Shown here piece by piece: positions 19,335-28,612 of a stretch of 64,000 nucleotides of DNA (within the stretch, counting starts at the first letter, position 1; each line of letters begins with the position of its first letter). The notes under the pieces were generated by a model. That model ran no database searches. It was given only the letters and a program-made list of their open reading frames with translations, and was not told the origin of the DNA. The translations under genes were made by a program, and so were the position numbers. The stretch covers positions 5,644 to 69,643 of the forward strand of contig JAGLTB010000040.1 of the NCBI GenBank assembly GCA_023270155.1, in the 5' to 3' direction. This DNA is from Candidatus Heimdallarchaeota archaeon (lineage in GTDB: Archaea > Asgardarchaeota > Heimdallarchaeia > Heimdallarchaeales > Heimdallarchaeaceae).

Positions 19335-19823
19335 TTGGTGAATGTTATGCCTGATGATGTGTTTATTCTGGACAAAAGTGGGATACCATACTATAGTAGG
19401 TGCTTTGGGGGAGAGACATGTAAAATGAGACCAGATCATACTTTACAAACGGGATTTCTAGCAGCATTGTATGCATTTTCAAAGGAATCATATGGACAAC
19501 AGGAGATTAGAACTGTTATCTTCTCTGATTTAAAATTACATTTCAAAGTTAACCAAGAAAAAGATGTAATAATAGTATTTACAGCACCATTAAGTGAAAA
19601 AGATGAAGAAGTAGAAGGACAAATGGATATGACATTGGGTGCTTTCTTGGAGTTGTATGAACAAGACATAGGAAAAGGATATGCTGATACAGAGAAGTTT
19701 GATGGATTTGACCAGACATTACAAGAGTTGAATGTAGTAAAAACAAAACCTATGGGAAGAATAAATTTAAGAGAAAAAGTAAGTAGTTGGAAGAAAATCT
19801 TCAGAAGATACAAACATAAATGA
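19335..19823 (+). CDS. longin/SNARE-like fold protein resembling TRAPP Bet5/sedlin or AP sigma subunits
   Basis: DVFILDKSGIPYYSRCF resembles Bet5 LYLFDRNGVCLHYSEW. LQTGFLAALYAFSKE resembles LMYGMLFSIRSFVSK. TVIFSDLKLHFKVNQEKDVIIVFTAP resembles YKLHYYETPTGIKVVMNTD. Basic C-terminal tail. Confidence 0.45.
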   Translation: MVNVMPDDVFILDKSGIPYYSRCFGGETCKMRPDHTLQTGFLAALYAFSKESYGQQEIRTVIFSDLKLHFKVNQEKDVIIVFTAPLSEKDEEVEGQMDMTLGAFLELYEQDIGKGYADTEKFDGFDQTLQELNVVKTKPMGRINLREKVSSWKKIFRRYKHK

Positions 19824-19862
19824 TACTAGTTAGAATAAAAATAAAAGAAAAAGGAAAACGTC

Positions 19863-20039
19863 TTACTCGAAATCTATACATTCGCTTGGACATTCGTCTA
19901 TGCAAAGACCACAATCAGTACATTCTTCTTTTCTAACTGGCACCGAAACATCATTAACTAGTTCATAAACATTTTCAGGACAGATATCTATGCAAGCTTC
20001 ACAGGCAGTACAACATTCAGCTTTTACAACTGTTGGCAT
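19863..20039 (-). CDS. 2x[4Fe-4S] ferredoxin (58 aa), missed by the ORF track (<60 aa)
   Basis: Reverse-strand translation gives MPTVVKAECCTACEACIDICPENVYELVNDVSVPVRKEECTDCGLCIDECPSECIDFE, with two CxxCxxCxxxCP motifs. Confidence 0.6.
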   Translation of the reverse strand: MPTVVKAECCTACEACIDICPENVYELVNDVSVPVRKEECTDCGLCIDECPSECIDFE

Positions 20040-20151
20040 TTTTTCTAACTCCTTGGTTGATTAATTTGCTTTTCTTTTATTCCCTTTTTAAATTCTTCTA
20101 CATCGCTATGTATTTTAGGTTTATCAGGAAAAAAAAAGAAAAAAAGAGTTA

Positions 20152-22404
20152 TTATTTTACTTGAGTAGATCTTCCTCTTCCAAAATCTGAAATCACTATG
20201 TATGATACCAGTTTTGCGAAATATGTAGATCTGCTAAGAATGCCAACAACTTCATTCGTTGCTTCATCTTGAGCTGCAATCAAAACTTCTTCATTTTCTC
20301 GTTCAACACCAATGAAACGAGGCATTTCAACACCTGTTCCAGAATCTCTTAGCTTTCTTAATTCCACATTTGCCTGGGCATTTGTCATTGTATTTATCCA
20401 ATCTCTATCAGTTTCCTCATCCAGACTCGTGATTATTGTGACTTTAGCTGTGGTTGGAAGCTGCTTTATAGATTCTGTTGGAATATATTCAATCTTAGGT
20501 ACCATAATAGTCACTCCTCTCTTTGTATCTGTCACAATTCTAGACACGTGATCCAAAACAGCATCTAATCCCACAATTGAAGTTGTTTGAACTGGAGGAA
20601 TTTGAGACTCACTTGAAGTGGCTTCTAAGGTTCTGAAATCGTTTTTCAGTTTCATTGTTGCGCTTATTAGATAGTTAGCTGTATCTGTTAATTTTCTTTC
20701 TGAATCTTCAATAAACTTAACAGAAGAGTCAACTTCCTCAGTCAATTTGCCAGAAACTAGCTCCCTACTCTCTCGTATCCCGTTCTTTGAACTGTCAATT
20801 GCTTCTCTCGAAATGTTCAACGCAGATTCTATTGTTTTTTGAAGATGATTGTTTAAGCCAGATACAACCTCTGAAATAGTTGATTGAAACGAACTTTTAG
20901 ATTCATCGTATTTTTCATTAAGCTTTGTTTCAGTTTCCTGAGAAAGAAAATCCAATCTTTGTGATATTGTTTCCCAATTTTCTTTCAAAGATGATGATTC
21001 TGTAGTAAGATCTTGAGCAAGTGTTGTGTTTAGTTGAGTAGATAACTCCTTGAATTTGGTTAATTGAGAACGAATGCTGTTGACAATCTCTTCTGTTGTT
21101 GTATTAATTTGTTCAATTAAACTCTCTTCAAATCCACTGAAACGAGTAGTTGCTAGTTCTTTGACTTCATTTATTTTTTCATTGTATTCGTTAATAGCAG
21201 TAGTATATTGCGCATCTAGTTTTTGAATGAACATATCTCTTTCACTAACTAAATTATTCTTCTGAGTCTGTTCTTTGTTTTCTAAATCAGTGAATTTTAG
21301 ATTCATGCTTTCTCTGATTTGAGAAATTGAGCTTGAAATTGCTTGGTTTTTCTGCTGCATTAGTTCTTCTAATAAACTAACTTTAATTTGTGATACTTTC
21401 TCATTTAAAGCTGAGAGAGATTCCTTAATTTGGAGAGAAAGATCTTCTACTTTGTTGTTCAAAACCATGTCAAGGGAATTATTTAAATCAGTAAGAGAAC
21501 TTGAGACAGTTTCTGAAATTCCTTCGATTGTTTGTTCAGTATCTCTTGTTATTTCAGTGGAATAGCCTACATACTTTTCGGTTTGACCTCTGTTGAATGC
21601 TCTTACATCCATTTTTGTAGTATCTATGTTTTGTTTAATTTGTGCAATTGTTGAATCTATATCATCTAGATACTGTTGATTCATTGCATCAAATTTTGGT
21701 TTTGCTATTTTTGCAATTCCGGATATATTGTCTATAGATGTTTGAGAATTTTCCTCTATTTCTGTAGTGAATACAGTAAGATTCTCTTCATTTTTTGCTT
21801 TAATGTTGGAAACAGAAGATTCAATAGAAACTTTAGATTTATTCAAGCTTTCAATGCTATCCGTAAATACACTCTGCAATGTTGTTTGAACGTTTCTTCT
21901 ATGATTGTCTTGATCTGTGAGTATTTTGGATGAAAAAGCTCCTGTTTTCTCATTAATATCTTCTTTTTGTTGTTGGTTTAAGGTTTGAATTGAAGAAGAT
22001 GTTTGTGTTAATTTCTGATCTAATTCAGCTTCTTTTCTCGATACTGATTCATTTAAACTAATTGATAGATTACCTTTCAATTGATTAAACGTTTCTTTCT
22101 TTTCTTGGAGAAAAGATGTTGTCTGACCCAGAGTGCTTTTAACATTCTCGCTTAGTTGATCGCTTGTAGTTCCCAAGTAGTCCAATGGGATTTTCACGTA
22201 ATATTTTTTTACATATCCTTCCGAAGCACCAACAGCACCTTTATTCAACAGAGAATCTAATGCAACTTTAACCTTTGAAAAATGTAACTTGCTAAACTGT
22301 GTTATTTCAAAAGTAGTCAATTGACCTCCACCTAAAAGAAGTTGGTAAACTTGTTTTTCTTCAGGATTTAGTTGTAATCTTTCAATAAAGGACATTTTTT
22401 TCAC
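20152..22404 (-). CDS. TrmB-like wHTH / ~550-aa S/T/N/Q-rich coiled-coil / conserved C-terminal globular domain protein
   Basis: N-terminal EEKQVYQLLL..GQLTTFEITQFSKLHFSKVKVALDSLLNKGAV matches the TrmB/MarR-type wHTH. The central region is long and helical. The C-terminal ~150 aa is paralogous to the C-terminus of the ORF at 62374-64000. Confidence 0.5.
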   Translation of the reverse strand: MKKMSFIERLQLNPEEKQVYQLLLGGGQLTTFEITQFSKLHFSKVKVALDSLLNKGAVGASEGYVKKYYVKIPLDYLGTTSDQLSENVKSTLGQTTSFLQEKKETFNQLKGNLSISLNESVSRKEAELDQKLTQTSSSIQTLNQQQKEDINEKTGAFSSKILTDQDNHRRNVQTTLQSVFTDSIESLNKSKVSIESSVSNIKAKNEENLTVFTTEIEENSQTSIDNISGIAKIAKPKFDAMNQQYLDDIDSTIAQIKQNIDTTKMDVRAFNRGQTEKYVGYSTEITRDTEQTIEGISETVSSSLTDLNNSLDMVLNNKVEDLSLQIKESLSALNEKVSQIKVSLLEELMQQKNQAISSSISQIRESMNLKFTDLENKEQTQKNNLVSERDMFIQKLDAQYTTAINEYNEKINEVKELATTRFSGFEESLIEQINTTTEEIVNSIRSQLTKFKELSTQLNTTLAQDLTTESSSLKENWETISQRLDFLSQETETKLNEKYDESKSSFQSTISEVVSGLNNHLQKTIESALNISREAIDSSKNGIRESRELVSGKLTEEVDSSVKFIEDSERKLTDTANYLISATMKLKNDFRTLEATSSESQIPPVQTTSIVGLDAVLDHVSRIVTDTKRGVTIMVPKIEYIPTESIKQLPTTAKVTIITSLDEETDRDWINTMTNAQANVELRKLRDSGTGVEMPRFIGVERENEEVLIAAQDEATNEVVGILSRSTYFAKLVSYIVISDFGRGRSTQVK

Positions 22405-22523
22405 CTATTTATTTATTCAAAATTCTAGGATGTTTTCAAATTATTAACCTTTTGTAAATAACAGCTCTTTAGCATCTTTAAGAATCTTTTTAACAATCAA
22501 CAATTAAGTTCCAGTTGTGATTA

Positions 22524-23117
22524 TTGATGGTAGATTATGAAATCGTTTCATGGGATCAGAGTTACCAGATGACGTTTTACTTATTTGAAAAAATCACTGA
22601 TGATGATTTTTTTCCAGACGTAATTGTTGGAATTGCCCGAGGAGGTTGGATACCAGCTAGATTGTTAGCTGATTTTTACGGAAACAGGAGAACAGCGAAC
22701 ATTAAAATCGAATTCTATGATAATACTTCTAGAACATCTGATGACCCAATAATCACTCAAGAAATTTCAGAGAATGTTGAAGGTAAAATAGTACTTGTAG
22801 TAGATGATGTAGCAGATTCAGGAAAAACTCTAATTGCAGCAGTGGAACATGTAAAGAACATGAATCCTAAAGAGATAAGAACAGCAACTTTGTATTATAA
22901 AAAGCATAGTATTCTCAAACCTGATTACTATATCAGGGAAACCCAATCATGGGTAGTTTACCCTTGGGAATATGGGGAATTTGTTGCATACCTGTATAAT
23001 CAAATGCGTGATACTATGAATGTGAAAGAAATTAGTAAAAGACTAAAAGATATAGGAATTCCCCCATCTCTCGTAGAAGCTTATTTTTCTCTGATATTAA
23101 AACATGAAAATAATTAA
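22524..23117 (+). CDS. type I phosphoribosyltransferase domain protein (purine/orotate PRTase-like)
   Basis: PRPP-binding motif KIVLVVDDVADSGKTL. 197 aa. Confidence 0.6.
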   Translation: MMVDYEIVSWDQSYQMTFYLFEKITDDDFFPDVIVGIARGGWIPARLLADFYGNRRTANIKIEFYDNTSRTSDDPIITQEISENVEGKIVLVVDDVADSGKTLIAAVEHVKNMNPKEIRTATLYYKKHSILKPDYYIRETQSWVVYPWEYGEFVAYLYNQMRDTMNVKEISKRLKDIGIPPSLVEAYFSLILKHENN

Positions 23118-23451
23118 GAGGAGATTTTCATTGAACAAAGAAAAACCAGAAACTGACGATGAACTGCCAGATGATGTTATAGATAGAGTGAATATAGGTG
23201 TCGTTGCGGTTTCCTTAAGTTTATACGAAGAAGGTATGAGTTTAGAAGAGCTCATTGAAGTAACTGGAATCAGAGAATCAGATGTCAGAAAAAGCCTTGA
23301 ATATTTAATGATCAACCGTATGGTTCGAAAGAAATTAAATCAAGAATCATATCATGTTTCCAACTTTAAAAAAATGCTTCAATTTCTTTTATCGTCTGGA
23401 ATGATTTTTCCTCTTGGAGAACAGATTACAAAATCAAAAGATGAGAAATAA
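23104..23451 (+). CDS. small winged-helix-like hypothetical protein
   Basis: 115 aa with acidic and Pro residues at the N-terminus and a helix-turn-helix-like core (MSLEELIEVTGIRESDVRKSLEYLMINRMV). Confidence 0.35.
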   Translation: MKIIKRRFSLNKEKPETDDELPDDVIDRVNIGVVAVSLSLYEEGMSLEELIEVTGIRESDVRKSLEYLMINRMVRKKLNQESYHVSNFKKMLQFLLSSGMIFPLGEQITKSKDEK

Positions 23452-23455
23452 TATC

Positions 23456-24991
23456 CTATTTTTCCATAAATTTCTCTAAAGATATCTGAGAGTTTTTCTT
23501 CTTTTTATTCTTGCTGTCTGGGTTTTGACCTTCCTTTACTTCAGTTTCTTTTTTTTCCGATACAACAGATTTCTTTTTTCTGTCTTCTTTCACGGGTGGT
23601 TTCTTACTCTTTACTGCTGGTTTTTTGATTTCACTCTTTTTTATGAAATCAAACACTGTCACTTCTGTTTCCTTAGCTTTTGTCATCCATTGTTCAGCCA
23701 TCTGAACATATGCTACCTCTTTATGTTTCATTATTTCCTTTATTAGCTTGCTTGAATCATTTGTAAGAAAACTTATGTTCTCTTCATCAAATTGAAGAAA
23801 GGCTGCTATCCCTCCAGCCATCTTAGAATCTGAATTGAAGATAATTCTCAGATATGGATAAATTTCTTTAACAAAAATTCTCTGAGAGCAATGTAAATAT
23901 CTAATACTTTTTTGTGCTATAGCATTGATCTTAGCATTCTTACCTCTAAGTCTCCCCATAAGTGCCCAATATCCAGGGAAACCAAATTTTGTATATTTGA
24001 AAGGAGAGCTTTTGACTAAGCCTACAGAGGATATAAATGTAAAGAAGTATTTGAGAAATTTCCAATCTTGTTTTTTATAACAATGAGATAAATACATATC
24101 AGCTTCAGCGATTAACTCGTACATATTGAATAATTCTGTGTTTGTGCTTGCTTGTTTGTAAGCATGCTCGAAAACATACATCAGTAGTTCTCTATAATCA
24201 ACATCAAGACCATCTATAGCTCTCTTTGCAGATTGATAATCATTTGCCTGGAAAATATTGATTAGAGCTGTATCTAAGCTCTTTTCTTGGTTTCGAGAAG
24301 AAAATTTTACTTCTTTGATACCCTCAACAGATACACCCTCCAAATCATTAATAGCAGAACGAGCATCTCCCCCGCTATTCTTTGTTATTGCTAAGAGGAT
24401 ATCTTCACTAACACTCAAATTTTCTTTCTCTTTTATTAGTTTGAGAAGAGTGAGAATTTCTTCATCCTTCAGGCTTTTGAATTCAATTACAAGCATATTT
24501 CGCTTTGCAGCTTTTAATGCTGATGCTGAAGGATCGTTTGCCGTACATATAATTGGAGTTCTTGTCGCTTTTACAGCTCTTCCAAGTGCTTGACCTCCAC
24601 CCCTATCTGCATTTCCAAATAGCCCATCAGCCTCGTCTACAAGAATTAGTTTACGAACTCTTGCACCCTGTAGAACAGTTCCTTCAGTAGATGATTTGCC
24701 TACAAGCATTTCTACTGCTTTTTTATTTCTCTTATCACTCGCATTTACTTCTACAAATTCGTAGTTGTATTTCTTGATAAGGTAGTAAACCACACTTGTT
24801 TTACCTACACCTGCAGGACCAGCTAGCAATACAGCTTTTTTTCTTTGCTGATTCCATGTCTTTAACCAGTTTTCTAGTTTCCTTACTTCTTCCTTATTAC
24901 CTACAAAATCTTTGAAAGTTTCAGGACGGTACTTCTCTACCCATGGAATAGTTTGGGTTTTACTCTGCATTGCCATTACGTTCAAATACAA
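23456..24991 (-). CDS. rfcL: replication factor C large subunit, with Lys-rich C-terminal tail
   Basis: WVEKYRP N-terminus, Walker A LLAGPAGVGKTS, Walker B ILVDEADGL. 511 aa. Confidence 0.8.
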   Translation of the reverse strand: MYLNVMAMQSKTQTIPWVEKYRPETFKDFVGNKEEVRKLENWLKTWNQQRKKAVLLAGPAGVGKTSVVYYLIKKYNYEFVEVNASDKRNKKAVEMLVGKSSTEGTVLQGARVRKLILVDEADGLFGNADRGGGQALGRAVKATRTPIICTANDPSASALKAAKRNMLVIEFKSLKDEEILTLLKLIKEKENLSVSEDILLAITKNSGGDARSAINDLEGVSVEGIKEVKFSSRNQEKSLDTALINIFQANDYQSAKRAIDGLDVDYRELLMYVFEHAYKQASTNTELFNMYELIAEADMYLSHCYKKQDWKFLKYFFTFISSVGLVKSSPFKYTKFGFPGYWALMGRLRGKNAKINAIAQKSIRYLHCSQRIFVKEIYPYLRIIFNSDSKMAGGIAAFLQFDEENISFLTNDSSKLIKEIMKHKEVAYVQMAEQWMTKAKETEVTVFDFIKKSEIKKPAVKSKKPPVKEDRKKKSVVSEKKETEVKEGQNPDSKNKKKKNSQISLEKFMEK

Positions 24992-25038
24992 TTCTTACAT
25001 TTCAATATAAAAAATGTGTGTCTGGAGGAATTTTATGG

Positions 25039-25659
25039 TTACTCTTCTTCTTGAACTTTCGATTTTTTCTCTTTTCTGAAGAGCATTTTACCAAGAATTC
25101 CACCCGTAATTCCTCCAACTAATCCTATTATTGGTATGAAAACAAATGAGCCTAGAACTAATGTTGTAAGAAATGTAACAATGAAGAGTGTAAATCCACT
25201 TAAACCTAAAAAGGACAAACCCATTGATGCTGTCATTGTTGCGAATATAAAATCTAGGAATAGGAAGGACAACATAGCGGACCAAGCACCTGATCTAAGA
25301 CCACCTCGAGAAGCTAATCCTCCAGCAAAAGAACCGATCAGCCAGATGAAGATTATTAGAATATACATTCTTGGATTACCAAATTGATTATCAATGCTGT
25401 ATGAAGACAAAATTTCGGGTAAGGGAATACCGATTTTCAAGAACATATTTACTACCAGCAGCATGAGTAAAATAACCCAGAAATGACCCCCTGTTCCATG
25501 ATCTGCTTTCATATTATCATTCAAACCTATTAATTCTACCATATCTATAGTAGGCCAAATAATGTAAAGTAACAGAACAACAACAACAGTACATGTTATA
25601 AAACCAATAATCGATTTATAGATTCTCTTTAGGAACATGTAATCAAATAATTTTGTCAA
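25039..25659 (-). CDS. polytopic membrane protein, hypothetical
   Basis: 206 aa with 5-6 hydrophobic helices, Gly-rich. Confidence 0.4.
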   Translation of the reverse strand: MTKLFDYMFLKRIYKSIIGFITCTVVVVLLLYIIWPTIDMVELIGLNDNMKADHGTGGHFWVILLMLLVVNMFLKIGIPLPEILSSYSIDNQFGNPRMYILIIFIWLIGSFAGGLASRGGLRSGAWSAMLSFLFLDFIFATMTASMGLSFLGLSGFTLFIVTFLTTLVLGSFVFIPIIGLVGGITGGILGKMLFRKEKKSKVQEEE

Positions 25660-25711
25660 TGAAACTATTTAGATTTTTGCATTCACATTTTGACTTTTGA
25701 AGTATTATTAT

Positions 25712-26470
25712 TTAGAAAATGATAGATAAACAGGTTAATGATGCTTGGCATTTCTCGAATTCACTCATATTAAGTAGAATTACATCATAACCTGCGGATC
25801 TCACTATTTCATGAGTATTAGAGAATCTATTGGACATGACTACAGTATCTCCAATAGCTAGACAATTAACTGAATAATATTCCTCTTTTGGTACAGTAAG
25901 CAGATTCAAATCTTTAAGGAGGGGATGTTTTAGATAATCTTCTGTTACAATCATTGTTTCCTTACCAAGATATTTCATGTAGCTTTTCAGATGAACTATA
26001 TCAGGATTCGAAATTGTATCAACTTTAACATCCAACCATTCCATCATCTGGTTAGCACCATGACTATTTGTTCGTTGAGTAATTCCACAGATTAATCTGT
26101 CAGGTAAATGAATTATATCTCCCCCTTCAATTGTAGCAGGAGCAACAGCTCTTTTCACTTTGAGATATTGCTGTAATTCCTCCTCCACATCTACTTCTTC
26201 TCCCCTTCTACTTTCTTCTCCCATTCGAGTAATTAATGCTTTACTTTTATGGACAATAGCGTTATCTTCTACAAAACATGAATCTGGAAATTCATTTTGT
26301 ATTGGAAGTTCTATTATATCTAGACCTAATTCCGATAATATCTCACAATATCTTTTATGTTGTTCTCTAGCTTTATCTACATCTACTGTGTAATGTAAAG
26401 GGTGAGAAGATACGCATTTTTTGTAAGTATCACTAGGTTTTCTTACTAAAACTTTGGTTGGATGTTTCAT
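25712..26470 (-). CDS. DDAH/amidinotransferase-superfamily enzyme (dimethylarginine dimethylaminohydrolase-like)
   Basis: C-terminal catalytic-Cys region LTCLSII and an N-terminal KVLVRKPSD..VDV pattern typical of DDAH-like enzymes. Confidence 0.5.
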   Translation of the reverse strand: MKHPTKVLVRKPSDTYKKCVSSHPLHYTVDVDKAREQHKRYCEILSELGLDIIELPIQNEFPDSCFVEDNAIVHKSKALITRMGEESRRGEEVDVEEELQQYLKVKRAVAPATIEGGDIIHLPDRLICGITQRTNSHGANQMMEWLDVKVDTISNPDIVHLKSYMKYLGKETMIVTEDYLKHPLLKDLNLLTVPKEEYYSVNCLAIGDTVVMSNRFSNTHEIVRSAGYDVILLNMSEFEKCQASLTCLSIIF

Positions 26471-26528
26471 TATTATTCATGTAATTCTATGGGATTGGTT
26501 TATATATTTCTCTTTATCAACAAAAAAC

Positions 26529-27356
26529 ATGGTGCTTATTGGTCAGACAGTACAAGCATATAAAGGGCTGGGATGTGAGTATTTAGTTCGTTTTGCCAAT
26601 CTTTTAGGTATAGAATCATGTGAGATTAATCCAAAAGGAACTAGTTCCAAGAACATTGAAGAAATAATCAAAGCATTAGGGAAGATGAAAACAACTTATC
26701 ATTTACCTGTAGTAGGTATTGAAGGATATGATTTTTCTTATCCAGACGAAGAGAAAGAGATAGGAGATATAATAAAATTGATCAATAAACATTCTGATGA
26801 CCTTCATCTCATTCTTGGGATTTTTCATCCTGTAGAGGAAAAGGGGAATTTTGAAACCTTAGTTGAGAATCTAAAACAATTGAACATAAAACTAGTTGTT
26901 GAGAACATTCGAAATTATTCTGATGAAGAGTTTGAAAATCTTTATGTGCAATTTAAAGACGAACTTGGGGATCAATTAAAAGGATGGCTCTTTGATGTTG
27001 CCCACTCTTATTTGAGGAATGGTCCAAAGGATTATATGAACCTACTTGATAAAATGCCTTTTGATGAGCTTGAAGAAATACATCTATCTGATTGTACAAA
27101 AAATGAAGATTCCCATTATTCTTTTGGAGCTGGTATTATGCCAATTGAAGATATCCTACAAGAAATCAAGCGTAGAAATTTCGATAAAATAATAGTGAAT
27201 GAGATTGATGCCTATCCTAGTGTATGGAGTACTATTGATTCATATAGAAAAGTAGCTAAACATTTCAAGAAACCACTTTATATGAAAGTTTCAACTAGAA
27301 AACTGCTCATTAAACCTGTGATACAAAGACGACTAAAGAAAGCCAACATTGTTTGA
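26529..27356 (+). CDS. xylose-isomerase-like TIM-barrel protein (sugar phosphate isomerase/epimerase or AP-endonuclease-2 family)
   Basis: VVENIRN, FDVAHSY and IHLSD match the AP_endonuc_2 metal-ligand pattern. The ATG at 26529 is preferred over the ORF-track start at 26454, which overlaps the upstream gene. Confidence 0.4.
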   Translation: MVLIGQTVQAYKGLGCEYLVRFANLLGIESCEINPKGTSSKNIEEIIKALGKMKTTYHLPVVGIEGYDFSYPDEEKEIGDIIKLINKHSDDLHLILGIFHPVEEKGNFETLVENLKQLNIKLVVENIRNYSDEEFENLYVQFKDELGDQLKGWLFDVAHSYLRNGPKDYMNLLDKMPFDELEEIHLSDCTKNEDSHYSFGAGIMPIEDILQEIKRRNFDKIIVNEIDAYPSVWSTIDSYRKVAKHFKKPLYMKVSTRKLLIKPVIQRRLKKANIV

Positions 27357-27384
27357 TTTGAGAAAGAAATAATATTTCAAAATT

Positions 27385-27666
27385 TTAATCTGTTTCAATT
27401 TGATTAATCAGTTGAATTGAAAGACTAATCCATTTTAGATATGAATTTATGGCTGCTCTTGCAGAAATTGAATCCATAGCATCAATTTTTAACTTTAAAA
27501 CGTTCTTGTGAACTTCTAAACTAGTTTTTGCTCTGTCATTAGGATTATAATTAGATTCTAATTTCAAAGTCTCATAAAGTAAACTGCTCATTTTTTCATT
27601 TTCCATCTCGAATTCAAAATCAATCTCAAGTTTCTTTATTATAGAATTCGTCATCCTCGTCCGCAC
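27385..27666 (-). CDS. pcc1: KEOPS subunit Pcc1-like protein
   Basis: 93 aa with ISARAAINSYLKWISLSIQLI, matching the Pcc1 LRASLNSYLRWI core. Last gene of the exosome superoperon. Confidence 0.5.
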   Translation of the reverse strand: MRTRMTNSIIKKLEIDFEFEMENEKMSSLLYETLKLESNYNPNDRAKTSLEVHKNVLKLKIDAMDSISARAAINSYLKWISLSIQLINQIETD

Positions 27667-27676
27667 TTCTTTACAG

Positions 27677-28237
27677 TTAATTTAACAGATCTTCAGGTTC
27701 TCTTGGTATTACTCTTATTTTCAATCTTGGACCCACTTGTTTATTGAGACTATTGAGAAATTCAATAAAAATAATTTTTTGCTTTTCATCAATATAATCT
27801 GCGTACACAGTTACATACTCTTTTCCTTTGAATTTCTCAACATTCTCCTGAGTAATCCCTAATATTCTTCTAATTATATTCTCTTCCTCAGGATTCTTTA
27901 AAGAAGAGATTAGCACTGCAAAAGCTGGCTTCTTATTTCTTTGTTTTTGTTGATATTCTCTTGATAAAGTAGTTCCCCTGATTTTAACAGCATAAGGAAT
28001 TTCTTGTGGTTCTGTTTTCAAATCAAATATCCTCATGAAATTTGGATTCCCTTTAACAGAATGAATGATAACAGCTGTTTCAAATCCCCTGTTCTTCATC
28101 CCAGTGATACACATGAGAAGTTTAGAAGATCCTCTCACAACCCTCTGAGATTGAGGAACAACGCCTATAATATCATGTACGAATGAACGAGTCTTATTAG
28201 CTGGTGAACGTGAAGTAGTAAATCCAATTCTACTCAT
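27677..28237 (-). CDS. Brix-domain (Imp4-like) ribosome biogenesis protein
   Basis: 186 aa, of the size and pattern of archaeal Brix proteins, in the conserved position within the exosome superoperon. Confidence 0.6.
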   Translation of the reverse strand: MSRIGFTTSRSPANKTRSFVHDIIGVVPQSQRVVRGSSKLLMCITGMKNRGFETAVIIHSVKGNPNFMRIFDLKTEPQEIPYAVKIRGTTLSREYQQKQRNKKPAFAVLISSLKNPEEENIIRRILGITQENVEKFKGKEYVTVYADYIDEKQKIIFIEFLNSLNKQVGPRLKIRVIPREPEDLLN

Positions 28238-28314
28238 ATAATCAACAAAAATTAATCACAATTAAATGTAGAGATTGTAAACCATTTTAAAATAATAAAA
28301 GAAAAGGAGTGTTA

Positions 28315-28593
28315 TTATTCCTCCTTTAACCCTTCAGCAATACGTGTAACTCTTCGTGTAATACTTCTTCCTGCACTAGTATTGGGTTCCCAAGCTCCCC
28401 CAGTAAGTTTTTCTCCACATTTTGAGCACTCCCAAATACCAAGACCAGATCGTTTCAAGGTTCGCATGTAGCAAACTGGGCACTTGTAAATTGCTTTACT
28501 TTTATCCTCTATTTCTCTGACTCTTTTTCTTATCGTACTACCATAGCGAGCACCAAATCGACCGGTGGAACCAACTTTCTTTGTTTTGCCCAT
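28315..28593 (-). CDS. rpl37ae: ribosomal protein L37Ae (L43e)
   Basis: MGKTKKVGSTGRFGARYGS start, and a CPVC...CSKCG zinc ribbon. Confidence 0.85.
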   Translation of the reverse strand: MGKTKKVGSTGRFGARYGSTIRKRVREIEDKSKAIYKCPVCYMRTLKRSGLGIWECSKCGEKLTGGAWEPNTSAGRSITRRVTRIAEGLKEE

Positions 28594-28612
28594 TATTCTC
28601 TCACCTTTTTTC

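Noticed and set aside
20312-21933. Plus-strand ORFs of 79 and 85 aa inside the coiled-coil protein gene
   Set aside because: They are antisense artefacts of a long AT-rich CDS.
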